From NCBI GenBank assembly GCA_040285745.1, contig JAUFOR010000003.1:1-64000 (forward strand): a stretch of 64,000 nt of DNA. Direction: 5' to 3'. Below, in pieces: positions 61,025 to 64,000 of this stretch. The notes beneath the pieces were generated by a model. It was not told the origin of the DNA and searched no databases. It saw only the letters and a list, made by a program, of their open reading frames with translations. Source of the DNA: Barthelona sp. PCE. Taxonomy: Eukaryota. The position numbers were made by a program, and so were the translations under genes. Position 1 is the first letter of the stretch; every line of letters begins with the position of its first letter.

Positions 61025-61485
61025 TTTAAGAGTTGTTTAAGAGTTAATATGGCCCTAAAATAAATGTAAGAGCATGAAAAGCGATTTGCAGAAAAATATG
61101 TTCCTGTATCGGTTGTAACTAAAGCGCTAAATTTTTGTGGTCTCAAACTAATTGGAAATCCAAAAACCGATTGAATATGGTGATTTGAACACCATAAAAT
61201 ATTATTGTCTTTTCTGACAGGAAGCCAAGTAACATTAGGCAGCAGTCTATACGTGTGCACCGGTGGCTGTACACAAAATATGTGACATAGATATTTACTG
61301 TATTCAGTGGTTGAGGAGTGTGAGAATTATTTGTGGAATCTTCATGGTTGTTCACAAGTCTCTATCACTTTAACGCCATTTAAATGATGTGACTGTCCAA
61401 TTTTAATGAAACAACACTGATGAAATCACATGCATTGCATTTTTAACTTGTAGAAGTTTATATCACTTTTTTCAATACATCTAAA

Positions 61486-61938
61486 ATGCAAAGAACTTTC
61501 ATTATGCTTAAGCCTGACGCTGTCCAGCGCAGATTGACTGGTAAGATCGTCTCCATGATCGAGGAGAAGGGCCTTAACATCATTGCCATGCGTAGCATTC
61601 GTCCTCCCAAGGATCTGGTCGAGAGACATTACGAAGTTCACCGTGGTAAGCCTTTCTACCCTGGTTTAGTCAGCTACATTACTTCCGGTCACGTTGTTGC
61701 CATGTGTGTTGAGGGTCTTGATGCCATCACCGTCATGAGAAAGCTCATTGGCGCCACTCGCCCCAGTGAAGCTCTCCCCTCTACCATTCGTGGTAAGTAC
61801 GGTATGCAGATGGGCAGAAACCTTGTTCACGGTTCTGATGCTGTTGAGACCGCTGAGTACGAGCTTGGTCTTTGGTTCCCCAATGGTGAGATTCAATCCT
61901 GGTCAAACGATTGTCAGAACCAGTGGATCTACGAGTAA
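61486..61938 (+). CDS. NDK1: Nucleoside diphosphate kinase
   Basis: RTFIMLKPDAVQR, TIRG, RNLVHGSD and WIYE. Confidence 0.98.
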   Translation: MQRTFIMLKPDAVQRRLTGKIVSMIEEKGLNIIAMRSIRPPKDLVERHYEVHRGKPFYPGLVSYITSGHVVAMCVEGLDAITVMRKLIGATRPSEALPSTIRGKYGMQMGRNLVHGSDAVETAEYELGLWFPNGEIQSWSNDCQNQWIYE

Positions 61939-61969
61939 ATCTTCTGTAACAAATTAGTTTACTTACAAC

Positions 61970-62734
61970 TTACCAAGGCTTAATGTATCTTGAAGCGCTC
62001 AGAGCGTAATAGAGACGGATGTAAAGGGGATCATGTGAAAGAGCCTCCCACATAGTATCACCTGAGATACGCATAGTAGTCACCATACCACAATTCTGGC
62101 ATCTAAGAACCGGCATTGAGAAGTAAAAGATGTTCTGGATAGGAACGTCCTTGGGGATCTTGACCTGTGCCTGCACCATGGCGAGAGATCCGCCAGTGCG
62201 AACAGTTTTCCAGTGGCCAAGAGCAAGATAGAATGTGGCCTCTCCGCCTGTGAACTGGAAGTAGTGGCCGGGACATGTGCCTGGAGTGTACTTGGGGGTG
62301 AAACTGTAATCACCAGAAAATGCAACATCATAAACAGATTTTCCAAGAGCCTTTGTAGCCTTCTCGAATTCCGAGCCTGTGAGGTCACGAACGTAATCAC
62401 TGTATTGCTCCATGCTGTATTGACGAGTAAGACGGGAATCGGTAGAACAAGTCGAGATAATGATTGTCATTGCACCTGACTTTCTTAGTTCCATTTCAGC
62501 TCTACGTGATTCTTCGGAGACGGTACCTGAGACCTTGACCTTGAACCAACTACGCTTCTTCTTGAGCGTTTCGATTCTGATGGTACTTGTAGAAATAACC
62601 TTATCGTGACGAGTAACAGAGACAATTCTGCGAGAGGTAGGAATCCATGAGCCGGAACAGCCATTTCCGTTGGAAACATGTGCAAATACTTCACTTAGAA
62701 GCAAGAAAAAAATCAAACACTGGTATACTTTCAT
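61970..62734 (-). CDS. Secreted hypothetical protein
   Basis: Signal peptide MKVYQCLIFFLLLSEVFA; 254-aa ORF. Confidence 0.75.
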   Translation of the reverse strand: MKVYQCLIFFLLLSEVFAHVSNGNGCSGSWIPTSRRIVSVTRHDKVISTSTIRIETLKKKRSWFKVKVSGTVSEESRRAEMELRKSGAMTIIISTCSTDSRLTRQYSMEQYSDYVRDLTGSEFEKATKALGKSVYDVAFSGDYSFTPKYTPGTCPGHYFQFTGGEATFYLALGHWKTVRTGGSLAMVQAQVKIPKDVPIQNIFYFSMPVLRCQNCGMVTTMRISGDTMWEALSHDPLYIRLYYALSASRYIKPW

Positions 62735-62736
62735 CT

Positions 62737-62787
62737 CTAAATGTTAGAATCTCATGTTGTTGCGTATTATCGCCAAACTAAGCATAC
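62737..62787 (-). other. Probable 51-nt 5'-UTR intron
   Basis: GTATGC...ATTCTAACATTTAG ends 2 nt before the ATG at 62734; same acceptor motif as the other introns. Confidence 0.7.
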
Positions 62788-63046
62788 AAAACCTTTAAAA
62801 AGAGATTAGAACAACTATAACAAAGAAAAGGATGATATTCGTTAAAACAATAGATAGTGCTTGTTTGTTCGTGTTGACTGGGTATGTTGTTTATTTTGAA
62901 TCTATATACTTGTTTGAAAAGAATTTAACGCATGCTAGTATTGCCGGCTTGTAACAGTTATTTTATATTTTCATTTTCAGCATTAATTTTTATTTTAATC
63001 ACTCACATTACGCGAAATAGCAACCTTTAACATTATTTTAAAATCC

Positions 63047-63982
63047 TTAACGGCGACCGCGTGCTATATAGACACATGACCTGCTCCTGACACTTTTGAG
63101 GTCGCTCAACATCAAATCATCTGTGTAAGGTGCCTCAATAGGACCCACGGCATCATGTAGCTCACGCAGCGTCATGTCATCCAAAAAAGTGTAGCCTCCA
63201 CACACTGAACAATCATTGTTTCTTAGGATATCGGTGGTTGACAGCCCAACATCGAAGCACACGTACATGTTCTCCATCGGCACCAATCGCACCATCTGTG
63301 CGGCACACATTTCAGCTGTGGATAATGGGGTTATCTCCATTGATGCTCGCTCATGCCGCAAAAATTCATCTTGGGAAAATGCAATGCGAGCTGCATCGCA
63401 TGCTGTTACTGCTGCAGAACGACGCGCACTACTATTGAGCAGGCTGTATCCAGGAGATACCCTAAGAGCTGCAACCACATCATGGCATGTTTTTGATTCA
63501 ACTCTGATCGAGCAAAGTGTTGGAGCGCTATCGTATAAATCAGGATAGCAGCTCGGACAGGCCACCTCGCCCTCCAGTGAGAACCGTCGAGCATGCCACT
63601 TGTGAATAGCTGTGCCTCCCTCAATAATAATTGCGCTTGGGTTACGTTGTAGACAACAATCAAAAACAATTTTTCTGGCATCTAAAGAATCAACACACAC
63701 GAAATACAGATCACATACACATTTATCAAGAGGCAAATCCTCAAATCGATCCCTATATACCTTGCTTCGAGGATGTAGTTCACCTAGCACATCAACTTTG
63801 TACCGATCCACATCAGTGGATCGGTACAGCGGCTGATTGGACAAATTGTGTGGAGCAACTCGATCATAGTCCACGAGCGTGATTCGAGAAAACAGCCCAA
63901 AAAAAGCTAAATGTCGGAACACGCAAGATCCCAAACTACCACACCCTATTACGGCGCATGCCCTCCTGTCCTTAGCCCTCAT
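63047..63982 (-). CDS. UBA3: ThiF/E1 activating enzyme, NEDD8-E1 catalytic subunit-like
   Basis: VIGCGSLG, DYDRV..HNL, CVDSLDAR, EGGT...HAR, ACPSCYPDLY...TLCSI (catalytic Cys) and a terminal CSVC. Confidence 0.75.
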   Translation of the reverse strand: MRAKDRRACAVIGCGSLGSCVFRHLAFFGLFSRITLVDYDRVAPHNLSNQPLYRSTDVDRYKVDVLGELHPRSKVYRDRFEDLPLDKCVCDLYFVCVDSLDARKIVFDCCLQRNPSAIIIEGGTAIHKWHARRFSLEGEVACPSCYPDLYDSAPTLCSIRVESKTCHDVVAALRVSPGYSLLNSSARRSAAVTACDAARIAFSQDEFLRHERASMEITPLSTAEMCAAQMVRLVPMENMYVCFDVGLSTTDILRNNDCSVCGGYTFLDDMTLRELHDAVGPIEAPYTDDLMLSDLKSVRSRSCVYIARGRR

Positions 63983-64000
63983 TAATTCATATATAGATAG

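Noticed and set aside
63907-63919. CCGACATTTAG acceptor-like motif in UBA3
   Set aside because: It lies in conserved in-frame coding sequence (FRHLA after GxGxxG) and lacks the YTRAC branch consensus.
1-64000. Alternative genetic code (TAA/TAG = Gln as in hexamitid diplomonads) explaining the split ORFs
   Set aside because: Conserved genes end at their expected positions with TAA (NDK, GFAT) or TAG (CDS1, PP4c), and the split ORFs change frame rather than reading through.

Overview
Eukaryotic, AT-rich, very gene-dense protist DNA using the standard genetic code (TAA, TAG and TGA all end conserved genes). Short introns with a fused branch-point/acceptor, TCAYT-like initiators and stop-overlapping WRTAAA signals resemble metamonads such as Giardia and Trichomonas; the taxon is inferred, not proven. 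The first ~13 kb is accessory: two paralogs of an uncharacterised ~730-aa family (one frameshifted), an ~850-bp modular repeat array next to tRNA-Lys(CTT), gene remnants, and a 4.06-kb hAT-type DNA transposon with identical 124-bp TIRs. Its transposase is split across two frames exactly at a CTT-TAG 'shifty stop', a candidate programmed +1 frameshift. The rest is a packed core-gene region: Nudix hydrolase, ARPC1, telomerase reverse transcriptase (TERT), EH-domain protein, CDP-DAG synthase, RRM protein, ORC5-like AAA+, GT8-methyltransferase fusion, HMG-box, RNase Z, BTB-TLDc, PfkB kinase, GFAT, ERGIC3, copine, V-ATPase B, PP4c, CHMP7-like, TBC RabGAP, LUC7, NDK and UBA3. All calls come from motifs read by eye; no searches were run.
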